From Chiloscyllium plagiosum (taxonomy: Eukaryota): DNA of 64,000 nucleotides. Every line of letters starts with the position of its first letter. Positions within the stretch are counted from its first letter, which is position 1. The stretch lies in NCBI RefSeq assembly GCF_004010195.1, contig NC_057719.1:47386814-47450813 (forward strand), read 5' to 3'. The position numbers were made by a program, and so were the translations under genes. Below are positions 1-12,359 of the stretch, in pieces. The notes beneath the pieces are model-generated. The model was not told the DNA's origin. It searched no databases and worked only from the letters and a program-made list of their open reading frames with translations.

Positions 1-38
1 AAAGAGAGAGAGAGTGAGAGAGAGAGAAAGAGAGGAAG
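1..38. repeat. (GA)n microsatellite
   Basis: AGAGAGAG run at window start. Confidence 0.9.
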
Positions 39-933
39 ATATCTATAAGACAAAATCTTAGATCCATCTGTGACTCTTATTTTCACAGTGTCATGTTTCT
101 GTCTGATGCTTGACTTGATACTGTTATTAAATATCTTACCTGCATTCCTGCACCAGCCAGTTTTCACCATGACTTCATACTTATAGTGTCCGTGTTGTCC
201 ACAGAGTGGGATAATGCCAACACGGTTGATATCGATGTAGTCCAGCTTGTGGGCAATGAGTACCATCACTACGTAGACAGCAAATACCAACATACAGCTG
301 ATTGCCACCACCATGTTCTGCACTGGCCTGTCTGCCTGCAAATCACAAACAGTCCATGTGAGAACTTGGGAGACAGCCACAGAGTCCTGACAGCTCCACT
401 CTATGGGCTGCCTGTGGCAACTGTCTTGAACCAGCTGGTTTTCAAAGATTGCACACCGAGCCTGGGACTGGCTGCTGCAGAAAGTAGGCAGATGACACCC
501 TGATGGGCAAAGACAGCAACATTACCACCACCCTCCACCTCATAACCCTAACCTCAAATAATCCTTTGTGTCCCCAAATCCCAAGCCCCCATCTTTATGG
601 GTTCAATACATGAATTAAATTTGAAAAAGTCACCACAAAGTCCCATTGGGCTGCTATCAGTTGCACTCCAGTCACAAGTGACCCATGTCAATTTTAAGAG
701 GAGATTCTTGCCAATTAGCTCCCATCGGGCACTGCAGCAACAGTACAGCTCACACAGCAGTGACAAATCCTGGTCTAGTATCACCGTCATTGGATATGAA
801 GTCCCTAATGTTTGAAGTGTTAGTGTGTACAATGTTAGCAATAGGAGTTAAAGTAGACAATTGCTATGAAACTGAAGATTAACAGGAGCTTTCAGTAAAA
901 CTGTGGTATATCAGTCTATTCTGTCTACCTATC

Positions 934-1146
934 AGTCTACCTATCGCATTTCCAACGCCCCTCCCCCAAGTCCCTCCTCCTTACCTTTTACCTTAGCCTG
1001 CTTGGCACACTTTCCTCATTCCTGAAGAAGGGCTCATGCCCGAAATGTCGATTCTCCTGCTCCTTGGATGCTGCCTGACCTGCTGCGCTTTTCCAGCATC
1101 ACATTTTCAGCTCTGATCTCCAGCATCTGCAGTCCTCACTTTCTCC
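934..1146 (+). mobile_element. Penelope-like element terminal repeat (3' end), non-coding, with hammerhead motif
   Basis: Same sequence as the 3' part of the GIY-YIG-bearing copies at 10741-11648 and 36224-36944; ends ...CAGCATCTGCAGTCCTCACTTTCTCC. Confidence 0.8.
1022..1049 (+). ncRNA. Minimal type I hammerhead ribozyme motif (core intact)
   Basis: CTGAAGA-A-GGGC-TCAT-GCCC-GAAA-T-GTC: CUGANGA and GAAA boxes, 4-bp stem II, GUC triplet; loopless stem III, weak stem I. Confidence 0.7.
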
Positions 1147-1149
1147 ATG

Positions 1150-1900
1150 TTCAAATACAACAAGATCCACACAATATTCAGGCTTGGGCTGACAAGTGGC
1201 AGATAACAACATTCGAGTCAGGCAATGAGACAATTTAACCACCACCCCTTGCCATTCAATGGTATTACCATCAATAAATCCCCCCAATACCAATATTCTG
1301 GTGTTATTATTGGCCAGAAACTCAACTGGACTCACCATATAATTATAAGGTCGGGTCAGAGGTTAAGAATACTATAGTGATTAACTCACCTCCTGACTCC
1401 CCAAAGCCTGTCCACCATCTAGAAAACATAAATCAAGAGTGTAATTCACTTCACGTGACTGGATAATTGCAGCTCCACAACACTCAAGAAGCTTGACACC
1501 ATCCAGAACAAAGCAGCCAAACATTTTGCTACTCCCACCACCACAAGTCTCAGTAGCAGCTGTGTGTACTACCTACAAGGTGCACTGCAGAAATTTGCCA
1601 AAGATCCTTAGACAGCATCTTGCAAATCCACCACCATTTCCATCTAGAAAGACAACAGAAATAGATACATTAGATCACCACCACCTGCAAGTTCCTCTCC
1701 AAGCCACTTGCCATTCTGACTTGGAAATAGATCACCATTTCATCACTGTTGCTGAGTCAAAATGCTGGAATTCCCTCCTTAACAGAATTGTTGGTCTACC
1801 TACAGTACATGAAGCTGCAATGGTTAATGAAGACAGTTCACCATCACCTTCTCAAGGGTAACTAGGGACAGGGAATAAATGCCCAGCCAGTGACACTTAT
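1150..1900 (+). mobile_element. Old CR1/L2-clade LINE 3' fragment
   Basis: Decayed RT C-terminal region (NIQAWADKWQIT-like at ~1172-1210); same family as 5325-6070 (-) and 35700-37320 (+). Confidence 0.65.
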
Positions 1901-2214
1901 ACCAACAAGGGAATTTTAAAAAAAATAAACCGTAAGAATGTCTTACCTTGTCAAAACTCATAATCATGCAAAAATATAGAGCCATTCTAACAAATTTACA
2001 AGACTGATTGACGAATTTTCATATTAACTTAATTATACTAGTGTTTGAGCTTCTGAATCAATTAGGTCATTGATTATTTTCATACTGATTGCATAGAAAT
2101 TGATTTGAAATGGAACATCGAAGTGTAACATGCTCAAGGACAAACATTCATTATCAATTGTATGTTCATTTTGTTTAATTCTGTGCAAGTGGTGGGCATT
2201 TTCTTAAGTTCCAT

Positions 2215-3258
2215 ATAAATAGACAGAAAAAGAAATAAAAAAAAAGACATAAGGGCCTTCTGTGACACTAACAGTGTCCCTACCCCTGGATCAAGTGTCC
2301 CGGGTTCAAGTCCTTCCTACTCCAGAAGTGTGCATAACATCTCTGGACAGATTGATAAGAAAATAGGTTACAAATGAAAAGAGAAAGAAGTAAAAAATAG
2401 ACATGAAGACCCTTTTGTGATGCAATGCTAGTGTCCCTACCCCTGGATGCAACGCCCAGATTCAAGGCTCACCTGCACTGGGGCGTTTAATAACATTCTG
2501 AATAGGTCAATTAGAAAAATAGGTTAAATTTAAAAAATTAAAATATACACAAAGTGTAATAATATCTCTAAACAGGTCGATTAGAAAATAGGTTAAATAA
2601 TAATTTTAAAAAGACATGCAAAAAATAAATGAAGTCACTTAGTCATTCTGTGGCACACTTGTAGTGTCATTACCTCTGGACCAGGAGGTCTGGGTTTAAG
2701 CCCCACCTGCTCCAGAGGTGTGTAATGACATTTATGAACATGTTGATTAGAAAAATAGCTTAAGTTGGAAAATTATAGACAGAGACAACTGAAATGTCCT
2801 TGCTGGGCATTGCATGTAGTTTGATTAATTGGAAGCATGGGTGATTTTAGCAGTTAAAAAATAGTGTAAATAAACATAAAGAGCTGTTTTGGTGTAGTGC
2901 TACCACTGAGACAGGAGGCCCAGGTTCAATCCCATTTGGTCCAGCGTTGTGTCATTCCTGAACAGGGTGAGTAGAAAATTTCTATAAATGGACACAAAGG
3001 CCTCTTGTGATGCGATATTATCCCTGGTAGTGGTAATGTCTCTAGGCCAGAAGGTCCACGTATGAAACCTACCTGACTTGGTTGTGTGTTGAAATATGCC
3101 TGAATAGGCTGATCAGAATAGATGCCAGGGTTCTTCTTTGCAGTGGTAGTGTCCCTGCTCCTGAACCAGGAAACCGAGGTTCAAGTCTTATCTGCTCGAG
3201 AGATATGTAATAATATCTCTGAAAAGGTTGGTTTGAAAATAACTATAAATAGACACAG
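2215..3258 (+). repeat. Degenerate tandem array of ~6 tRNA-like (SINE-head-like) units of ~120-150 bp
   Basis: Recurring GTAGTGTCCCTACC...GG(G)TTCAA(G)TCC...CATCTCTGAACAGGTTGATTAGAAAAT pattern starting near 2250, 2408, 2645, 2880, 2998, 3128. Confidence 0.7.
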
Positions 3259-3874
3259 CCTATAAGTATATTTGTTAGATATTTATAATATTTAACTCTA
3301 AATTAATATGTGTGTAAAACTCCAGTTTAATTGTTTACCAACAACATTTTTATATTAGAATATAGTGAAAGACAAAAACTTTGACCTTGTATCTTCTTTT
3401 AGCATTGCTTAGAACATAGTAGCAGAGAATGTGTGCCTAAAGACACAGTTTGGAAACAACAACAAAAATCAGACAGCTACAATCCTATTGGCCACTGTGA
3501 CATTTTACAGTTTTCCCTCTAACCCTTATCAACCCCGTGCCAATAAGATTTATGTGAACTGTCAGAGAATGATTATCCTCTAATCACACGGTTTAGATTT
3601 CATGGAAGAACAAAGTGGACATGTGGACATAGGTTATGCCTGTTTTAAAGAGGAAAAGGAACAGGATGTCAGTGTTGCTGCTTACTATCAGAAGTAGTTT
3701 GTGACTTAGATATCTATGAATTAGACTGTGATGAGTGTTTCAATCTTGTACACTAAATATTAACTGAAGTTTACAAGAAAGATGATCTGATACTTTTTAT
3801 GGTGAACCTTTGTAATAATTTTCATAAAATGGATGGCAGTTCAATGAAGGTATGTTTGAGGACTTTAATAGATT

Positions 3875-3970
3875 TGACAAAGGGTCAGTTAGACTCGAAA
3901 TGTCAGCTCTTTTCTCTCCTTGCAGATGCTGCCAGACCTGCTAAGATTTTCCAGCATTTTCTCTTTTGGT
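3875..3970 (+). mobile_element. Short HHR-bearing PLE-type insertion (family 2)
   Basis: 11-bp TSD TTTAATAGATT (3864-3874 / 3971-3981); matches the element at 13920-14095; TTGACAA-A-GGGTC-AGTTA-GACTC-GAAA-T-GTC motif at 3874-3904. Confidence 0.75.
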
Positions 3971-5324
3971 TTTAATAGATTGTGTTCAACTGACAGAATC
4001 CAATTTGGTGATCCCTGGATTAGTACTGGTGTTAAATTGCAGACAGGCTGCTTCTTTTAACTGGTATTCATTTCTCAGGAAGGAAAACCGTGTTGGATCA
4101 GATGCTTGCTGTCTTTACAAAATTCCTGCATGGAACAAATAGGACATTATGCAGTGAAGCAAAGAAAAGAGGATTCAATGATTGTCAGATTTTGCCAAGG
4201 GCCAAATATTGCACTCGAGTGTCAATATAATGGAATGGTTAAAGACGGGAAGAACGCAAATGAAATCATCCTTGGAAAATTTGTCTCTTTATAGCAGAAG
4301 TTGAATTGGAGCAACAATGAAAGGGAAATCGCTATTACAAACAGTTAGTAGATGCATTAGGTGTGGTTCAAAATTTATTGGAATGAATTGCTCACAGCAG
4401 AGAGACATGGTCTCCAAAATGACAGTGGATGATTTTATTGATCACAAGGGATGTTAGTCTTCTGAAGAATGTGTTAATTGCAGGCTAGTTTAACTGTACA
4501 GTGCTAGATAGCACTTGCATTTTGATAGCAAGTGGAATGTATTAGTTAAAACATTATCTTGATTCACAAAGTAATGAGGATAGGTGCATGTTTATAGAAT
4601 ATAAAAGTACTACTTGTTTCATATTTAGCGATAATAATACATTGAGGTCATTTATGAGAGTATATCTTTCTATGTAAAATGGAGTGAGGCATTCGATAGC
4701 TATTGCTGCTGTTTTTAGTGTGATGCCAATTTTGCTGATTAAACCTGTGAAAAAGGGAAGAGAAGATTGACAAATTTATTTTAGAATGTCAGTAAAACTG
4801 GAATATTTGCATTCTGAACAATATTGTATCACGTCTTTTTTTAAAAAAAGTCACTAATTGCAATGTTAGACAAGTCTCATTGGTTTCTGGTTGATAAGGA
4901 TTAGAGACAAAACTGTAAAATGTCTTAGAATTACACAGATAATTTGCTCACATTACATACCAAAGGTTAACATCTTGTTAAAAGATGCAGGTTTCGTTAA
5001 TGAAGAGTTAAGAAGGCTAATAAATCCATTGGCACATAATTATTAATGAGGCAATTGTCATTGATCTAAGGGTCTGATCAAAGACCAAGGTCATCCACAT
5101 TTTACAGACCCAATAATCAGACTCTATGATAATAGTTATTAAGGGCAAAAGGGTTGAAAAGATCATGGAGAAATAGAATGAGCTTCAAACATTGGGCACC
5201 AAAAGTTCCTGACTGATGATAAAGGGGAATTTGGCAATAACTAGTTCAGAGATGTATAATAAGATATAAACACTTGGTCTTGTATTGTGCAGTTGAAAGG
5301 TTTTAAAAAATTATTTTATTTGAT

Positions 5325-6070
5325 ATGAGCATCACTGGCAAGGCCAACATTAATTGTTCACCCTCAATTCTCCTTCAAATGGTCACAGAAAAAGACCCTT
5401 CTTTGAACTGTTCCAGTCCATTTTGTGTAGGTATATCTGCAGTGCCATTAGGAAGGAGTTCCAGGATTTTGATCAAGCAATGTGAAAAAATAGTAATGTA
5501 GTTCCAAATCAAGATGATATGTGGCTTGAAGGGGAATTGTCAGGTGATGTAATGTTTTGCATCTGCTGCTTTCGTCTATATAGATGGTAGATGTCACAGG
5601 TTTGGAATGTGCCATCAAAAGATTCTTGAGGAGTGGTTTGACCAGAGCGTTATAGAGCCTCAGAAGTACATCCCTGTTTTTATATTCAAGCTTCTGGTCC
5701 TTGGTAATCTCCTAGGCATTGATGGTGATCAATTCAACAGTGGTGTTGTTGACTGTCAACAGAAGATGATTTAGTTTCTCTATCTGGACATAATCATTGT
5801 CTATTACATATAATACTTGACATTTATCAGTCTAAGCCTGAATATTGTTCTAGTCTTGGTATATCTGGTGTTGGACCACATCAGTGTTTGAGGAGTTGTG
5901 AGTGGCACAGAGCACTGTGCAAGAATCAACTAACATCTCTACTTCTGACCTTGTGTTTGAGGGAAAGACATTGATGAGACAGCTGAAGGTAGTTCCACCT
6001 AGGAATCTACACGTAGGAACTCCTGCTGTGTTTGTCTTGAGTTGAGATAACTTCTAACAACTACAATCAT
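5325..6070 (-). mobile_element. Old CR1/L2-clade LINE 3' fragment
   Basis: Reverse-complement similarity to 1150-1900. Confidence 0.6.
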
Positions 6071-6074
6071 CATC

Positions 6075-6421
6075 ACCCAATGTGTGAAAATATTGTCCCT
6101 TATGTCACTTTTATATTTTTCCCCTCTCAACTTAAACCTATGCACTCTAGTTTTGGACTCCCCTACCCTGAGGAAAGACCTTGGCTGTTCACCCTATCCA
6201 TGCTCCTCGTGATCTTATAAACCTCTATAATGTCACCCTTCAGTTTCCGAGACTTCAGGAAAAATAGCTGCAGCCTATTCAGCCTCTCCCTATAGCTCAA
6301 ACTCTCCAGCTCTGGCAACATCCTTGTAAACCTTTTCTGCACTCTTTCAAGTTTAACAACATCTTTCCTATAGCAGTAAGCCCAGAAATGAATGCAATAT
6401 TCCAAACGTGGCCTGACCAAT
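6075..6421 (-). mobile_element. CR1 (HER1-like) LINE ORF2 C-terminal fragment
   Basis: ORF 6163-6435: LVRPRLEYCIHFW...RKDVVKLERVQKRFTRMLP. Confidence 0.9.
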
Positions 6422-7907
6422 GAAGTTTTGGCCACTTTTCTTCTACCCGAAACAGTTTGATTTTTAAAAACCAGGAATTTACAAGAGCTAAGGGGTGTGT
6501 TGGATGGCAGTTATAGGAAGGGAGAAAAGCCATAATTACAGTCAAGTAGATGGGTTAACTTCAAGAAAGGTAGAAGAGGTAGGCGGGTAGTCCAGGAGTC
6601 TTCTGTGGCTATCCCCATTTCAAACAAGTATGCTCTTTTGGAAAATGTAGGGGGTGATGGACTTTCAGGGGAATGTAGCACGACCAGCCAAGTTTCTGGT
6701 ATCAAGACAGGCTCTAATGTAATGAGGGGCACATCAGGTTCCAAGGGATCAATTGTGTTAGGGGACTGTCTAGTCAGGGACACAGGCAGACATTTCTGTG
6801 GCCAGCAGCAAAAAAGCAGAATGGTGTGTTGCCTCCCTGGGGCCAAGATCAAGGATGTCTCAGAGAGGGTGCAGAATGTTCTCACGGGGGAGAGGGACCA
6901 GCAGGAGGTCATTGTCCACATTGGTACTAACGACATAGGAAGGGAAAAGAATGAGATTCTGAAGTGAGAATGTAGGAGGTTAGGCAGGAATTTAAAAAGG
7001 AAGTCCTCGGGGGTAGTAATATCTGGATTACTCCCGGTGCTACAAGCTAGTGAGGGCAGGAATAGGAGGATAGAGCAGATGAATACGTGGCTGAGGAGCT
7101 GGTGTATGGGAGAAGGATTCACATTTTTGGATCATTGGAATCTCTTCTGGGGTAGAAGTGACCTGTACAAGGAGGATGGATTGAACTGAACCTGAACTGA
7201 ACTGAACTGGAAGGGCATCTGAACTGGAAGGGGACTAATTTACTGACAGGGAGAATTGCAAGAGCTGCTTAGGAGGATTTAAACTATAACAGTGGAGGGG
7301 GGAAACCAGCAAGATTGTGAGAAAAGAGATCAATCTGAGACTGGTACAGTTGAGATCAGAAGCGAGTCAAACAATCAGGGCAGGCAGGGATAAAGCAGAG
7401 AACAAGGTAGGACTGATAAATTAAACTGCATTTATTTCAATGCAAAAGGCCTAATAGAGAAAGCAGATGAACTCAGGGCATGGTTAGGAACATGGGACAG
7501 GGATATCATAGCAATTACAGAAACGTGGCTCAGGGATGGAATAAATTGGTAGCTCAATGTTCCAGGATACAAATGCTAGGGGGGGCAGGAGAGGAGGGGG
7601 TGTGGCGTTTTTTATAAGGGATATCATTACAGCTGTGTTGAGGGAGTATATTCCCGGAAATACGTCCAGGGAAGTTATTTGGGCGGAACTGAGAAATAAG
7701 AAAGGGATGATCACCAAATTGGGATTGTATTCTAGACTGCCTAATAGTCAGCGGGAAACTGCAAAACAAATTTGTAAGGAGATTTCAGTTATCGGTAAGA
7801 ATAATAGGCTGGTTATGGTAGGGGATTTTATCTTTCCAAACATAGACTGGGACTGTCATAGTGTTAAGGGTTTAGATCAGGAGGAATTTGTTAAGTGTGT
7901 GCAAGAC

Positions 7908-8549
7908 AATTTTCTGATTCAGTATGTGGATGTACCTACCAGAGAAAGTGCAAAATTTGACCTACTCTTGGGAAATAAGGCAGGGCAGGTGACTGAGGTG
8001 TCAGTGGGGGAGCACGTTGGGGCCAACGACCATATTTCTATTCGTTTTAAGATAGTGATGGAAAAGGATAGACCAGATCTAAAAATTGAAGTTCTAAATT
8101 TGAGAAAGGCCAATTTTGACGATATTAGGCAATAACTTTCAAAAGCTGATTGGGTGCAGATGTTCACAGGTAAAGGGACGGCTGGAAAATGGGAAGCCTT
8201 CAGAAATGAGAGAACAAGAGTCCAGAGAAATTTTCTGATTCAGTATGTGGATGTACCTACCAGAGAAAGTGCAAAATTTGACCTACTCTTGGGAAATAAG
8301 GCAGGGCAGGTGACTGAGGTGTCAGTGGGGGAGCACGTTGGGGCCAGCGACCATATTTCTATTCGTTTTAAAATAGTGATGGAAAAGGATAGACCAGATC
8401 TAAAAGTTGAAGTTCGAAATTTGAGAAAGGCCAATTTTGACGGTATTAGGCAATAACTTTCAAAAGCTGATTGGGTGCAGATGTTCACAGGTAAAGGGAC
8501 GGCTGGAAAATGGGAAGCCTTCAGAAATGAGAGAACAAGAGTCCAGAGA
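7908..8549 (+). repeat. 321-bp direct tandem duplication inside CR1 ORF2
   Basis: 7908-8228 and 8229-8549, about 5 differences by eye. Confidence 0.95.
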
Positions 8550-9038
8550 CAGTATATTCCTGTCAGGGTGAAAGGTAGGTGTAGTGAATGCTGGATCACT
8601 CGAGAAATTGAGGGTTTAGTGAAGAAAAAGAAGGAAGCATATGTCAGGTATAGAAAGGAGAGATAGAGTGAATCCTTAGAAGAGTATAAAGGAAGTAGGA
8701 GTATACTTAAGAGGGAAATCAGGAGGGCAAAATGGGGACATGAGATAGCTTTGGCAAATATTTAAGGAGAATCCAAAGGGTTTTTACAAATACATTAAGG
8801 ACAAAAGGGTAAATAGGGAGGGAATAGGGCCCCTCAAAGATCAGCAAGGCGGCCTTTGTGTGGAGCCATAGGAGATGGGGGAGATACTAAATGAATATTT
8901 TGCATCAGTGTTTACTGCAGAGAAGGGCATGGAAGATATAGAATATGGGGAAATAGATGGTGACATCTTGAAAAATGTCCATATTACAGGGAGGAAATGC
9001 ATAAAGGTGGATAAATCCGCAAGATCTGATCAGCTGTA

Positions 9039-9091
9039 AATATGTTGCTGGAAAAGCGCAGCAGGTCAGGCAGCATCCAGCGATCAGGAGA
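9039..9091 (-). mobile_element. 53-bp PLE terminal-repeat fragment inserted in CR1
   Basis: 10-bp TSD ATCAGCTGTA (9029-9038 / 9092-9101); reverse complement matches ~1053-1105. Confidence 0.85.
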
Positions 9092-10740
9092 ATCAGCTGT
9101 ACCCTAGGATTCTGTGGGAAGCTAGGGAGGTGATTGCTGGGACCCTTGCTGAAATATTTGTATCATCTATAGTCACAGGTGAGGTGCCGGAAGAATGGTG
9201 GTTGGCTAACATGGTACCATTTTTTAAGATAGGTGGTAAGGAACTATAGACCAGTGAGCCTGATGTCAGTTATGGGTAATTTGTTGGAGGGTATCCTGGG
9301 GGACAGGATTTACATGCATTTGGAAAGTCAGGGACTTATCAGGGATAGTCAACATGGCTTTGTGCGTGGGAAATCATGTCTCGTGAACTTGATTGAGTTT
9401 TTTGGAAAAGTAACAAAGAGGATTGATGAGGGCAGAGTGGTGGATGTGATCTTCAGTAAGGCATTTGACACGGTTCCCCATGGGAGACTGGTTAGCAAGG
9501 TTAGATCTCATGGAATACAGGGAGAACTAGCCATTTAAATACAGAACTGGCTCGAAGGTAGAAGAGGGAGGGTGATGGTGGAGCTTTGTTTTTCAGACTG
9601 GAGGCCTGTGACCAGTGGAGTGCCACAAGGATCGGTGCTGGGACCACTACTTTTCATCATTTATTTGACTTTGAACGTTGGAGGTACAGTTAGTAAGTTT
9701 GCAGATGACACCAAAATTGGACATGTAGTGGATAGCAAAGAAGGTTACCTCAGATTACAATGGGATCTTGATCAGTTGGGCCAATGGGCTGAGAAGTCGC
9801 AGATGAAGTTTAATTTAAATAAATGCGAGGTGCTGCATTTTGGGAAAGCACATCTTAGCAGGATTATACACTTAATGGCACAGTCCTAAGGAGTATTTCT
9901 GAACAAAGAGACCTTGGAGTACTGGTGCATAGCTCCTTGAAAGTGGAGTCACAGGTAGATAGGATAGTGAAGAAGGCGTTTGGTATGGTTTCCTTTATTG
10001 GTCAGAGTATTGTGTACAGAAGTTGGGAGGTCATGCTGCAGCTGTAAAGGACGTTGATTAAGTCACTTTTGGAATTTTACGTACAGTTCTGGTCTCCCTC
10101 CTATCGGAAAGATGTTGTGAAACTTGAAAGGGTTCAGAAAAGATTTACAAGGATGTTGCCAGGGTTGGAGGATTTGAGTTATAGGGTGAGGCTGAATGAG
10201 CTGGGGCTGTTTTCCCTGGAGCGTCGAAGGATTAGGAGTGACCTTTTGGAGGCTTATAGAGCGTGTCTAGGATAAATAGACAAAGCCTTTTCCCTGGGTT
10301 GGGGGAGTCCAGAACTAGAAAGCATAGGTGTAGGGTGAGAGGTGAAAGATATAGGAGTCCTAAAGGGCAATGTTTTCACGCAGAGAGTGGTGTGTGTATA
10401 GAATGAGCTGCCGGAGGATGTGGTGGATGCTGATACAATTGCACAATTTAAAAGGCATATGGATCGGTATATGAATAGGAAAGGTTTCGAGGGATATGGG
10501 CCAAGTGCTGGCGAATGGGGCTAGATTGGGTTGGAATATCTGTTTGTCATGGATAATTTGGACCAAGGGGTCTGTTTCCATGCTGTACATCTCTATGAGT
10601 CTATTTGACCCAATTGACAAGTTTCTAGTGCACGTAACTTATGTTTAATTTGTCCCTGGCATCAGATGTTAGCTCTTAATTACCAATATTCCTAAGTAAT
10701 AGAATTATAATATGGCCAGACACCTTATTGGTTATGTATT

Positions 10741-11648
10741 CACACACTCAACAAACGCTTTTTCTCCACCATATCAGATGCCACCACGAGGGGTATACTT
10801 CCCTCCACGTCCCTATCAGCCTTTTGGAGAGTCCATCCCATCCACAGCTTCCTTGTCAGATCCACTCTGCCCACACCAGCCCTCACCCCACTCCGGCACC
10901 TTCCCCTGCCACCGCAGGAAGTGTAAAACCTGCACCCACACCTCCCCCCCTCACCTTCGTCCAAGGCCCCAAAGCACCCTTCCACACCTGACTGAAATTT
11001 ACTTGTACCTCCACTAATGTTATCTACTGTATCCGTTGGACCCGATGTGGACTCCTCTACACTGGGGAGACAGGACACCAACTTGTGGATCATTTTAGAG
11101 AACATCTCTGGCACACCCGCATCAACCAGCCCCACCGCCCTGTGACTGAACACTTTAACTCCCCATCCCACTCCACCAAGGAGATGCAGGTCCTGGGCCT
11201 CCTCCTCCAAACCTAACCACTCGACACTGGAGGAAGAACGCCTCATCTTCCGCCTTGGGACTCTGCAACCACACGGGATTAATGTGGATTTCACCAATTT
11301 CCTCATTTCCCCTCCTCCCACCTTATCCCAGTCCCAAGCCTTCAACTCGGCACCGCCCTGTGGACCTGTCCTTCACCTTTCCCATCTATCCGCTCTAGCC
11401 TCCTATCCGACCTATCATCTTCCCAACCACTTTCATCTACCTATTGCATTCTCAGCTACCCTCCCCCAGCCCTAACCCCCCTGCNNNNNNNNNNNNNNNN
11501 NNNNNNACCCACAAGCCTCATTCCTGATGAAGGGCTTATGCCCAACACAAGGATTCTCCTGCTCCTCAGATGCTGCCTGACTGGCCCTGCTTTTCCAGCA
11601 CCACATTCTTGACTCTGATTTCCAGTATCTGCAGCCCTCACTTTCTCC
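10741..11648 (+). mobile_element. 5'-truncated Penelope-like element (GIY-YIG endonuclease remnant + terminal repeat)
   Basis: PCHRRKCKTC linker, NVIYCI...LYTGETG, VTEHFNSPSHS, EERLIFRLGTLQPHGINVDF; decayed HHR at 11524; possible TSD TATGTATT. Confidence 0.9.
11485..11506. other. Assembly gap (22 N)
   Basis: Run of N within a C-rich PLE tract. Confidence 1.
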
Positions 11649-11749
11649 TATGTATTGGTTTTATCATGTTCAATAAAATAGTTATAAGCACATATACCAG
11701 AGAAGGTGTCAGAGTTTTCTTTGGACAGTTCTTTTCCTGATGTGACCTT

Positions 11750-12359
11750 TGTTATAGACCAGACTAAAGCCCCTCAAAATAAGTTAAGAACATAGCCTAG
11801 AACACAATATTTTCTTATTTTAAAGGCAAGTGCCAACTGTTGCATTCCAGATGCAATTTGATTGCTCAAACTACCAGTCTCGAAGCAAACACACTTTATT
11901 CATATGCCCTAGTTAAAATACAAGAAAAGAAAGAAGAAAATGGAATAACTTAACTCTATTGAAAAATGTAGTAGACTAATAGATTATTTAACTACTAAAC
12001 ATTCTGTATACATACTATTGACAAAGGCAACTTCAGTAAAATGGATTGTCTCATATGTAATTCTCCAGTCCAGGAGAGAAAACATCAAGAGAAAACTCAG
12101 AGAGAGAGAGAGAGAGATTAGCAGTGAGTGATGTACTGCAGCTTCCAAACCCAGCTTTAAGAGCCCAGCAACTGTGACTGGAAAACCAAAACTAAAAATC
12201 CCTATGGGAACTTGACTCCACCCATTCAGGCTGCTTCTATTGTTCCATCTTTTTAAAAAACCCTAAAGTCTTCACAAGATGTTTATTTGCTTTTGAGCAG
12301 ACTGCCTAATACCTCAGCCATAATCTTAATACATCTCTTAAATCCATAGTATTATCACA
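11750..12359. mobile_element. Solo LTR-like element (~610 bp)
   Basis: TGTTAT...ATCACA termini, flanks CCTT/CATT; start similar to the reverse complement of the 35060-35670 end. Confidence 0.6.

Larger units (their letters stand above)
6470..10604 (+). mobile_element. Near full-length, inactivated CR1 (HER1-like) LINE: ORF1 SGNH/GDSL esterase remnant, ORF2 APE endonuclease + RT
   Basis: ORF1 IVLGDCLVRD...VIVHIGTNDI; ORF2 YFNAKG...[61 protein letters not shown] tail; many stops and frameshifts. Confidence 0.95.

Noticed and set aside
186..882. ORFs at 186-503, 554-841, 597-815 and 685-882 as exons of an upstream gene
   Set aside because: No recognisable protein similarity or convincing exon structure; probably decayed repeat
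2215..3258. CRISPR array or functional tRNA cluster
   Set aside because: Eukaryotic context, long diverged units without unique spacers, no cas genes; no convincing intact cloverleaf by eye
6605..10275. Functional reverse transcriptase / endonuclease gene
   Set aside because: Multiple stops, frameshifts, deletions and insertions; dead LINE copy
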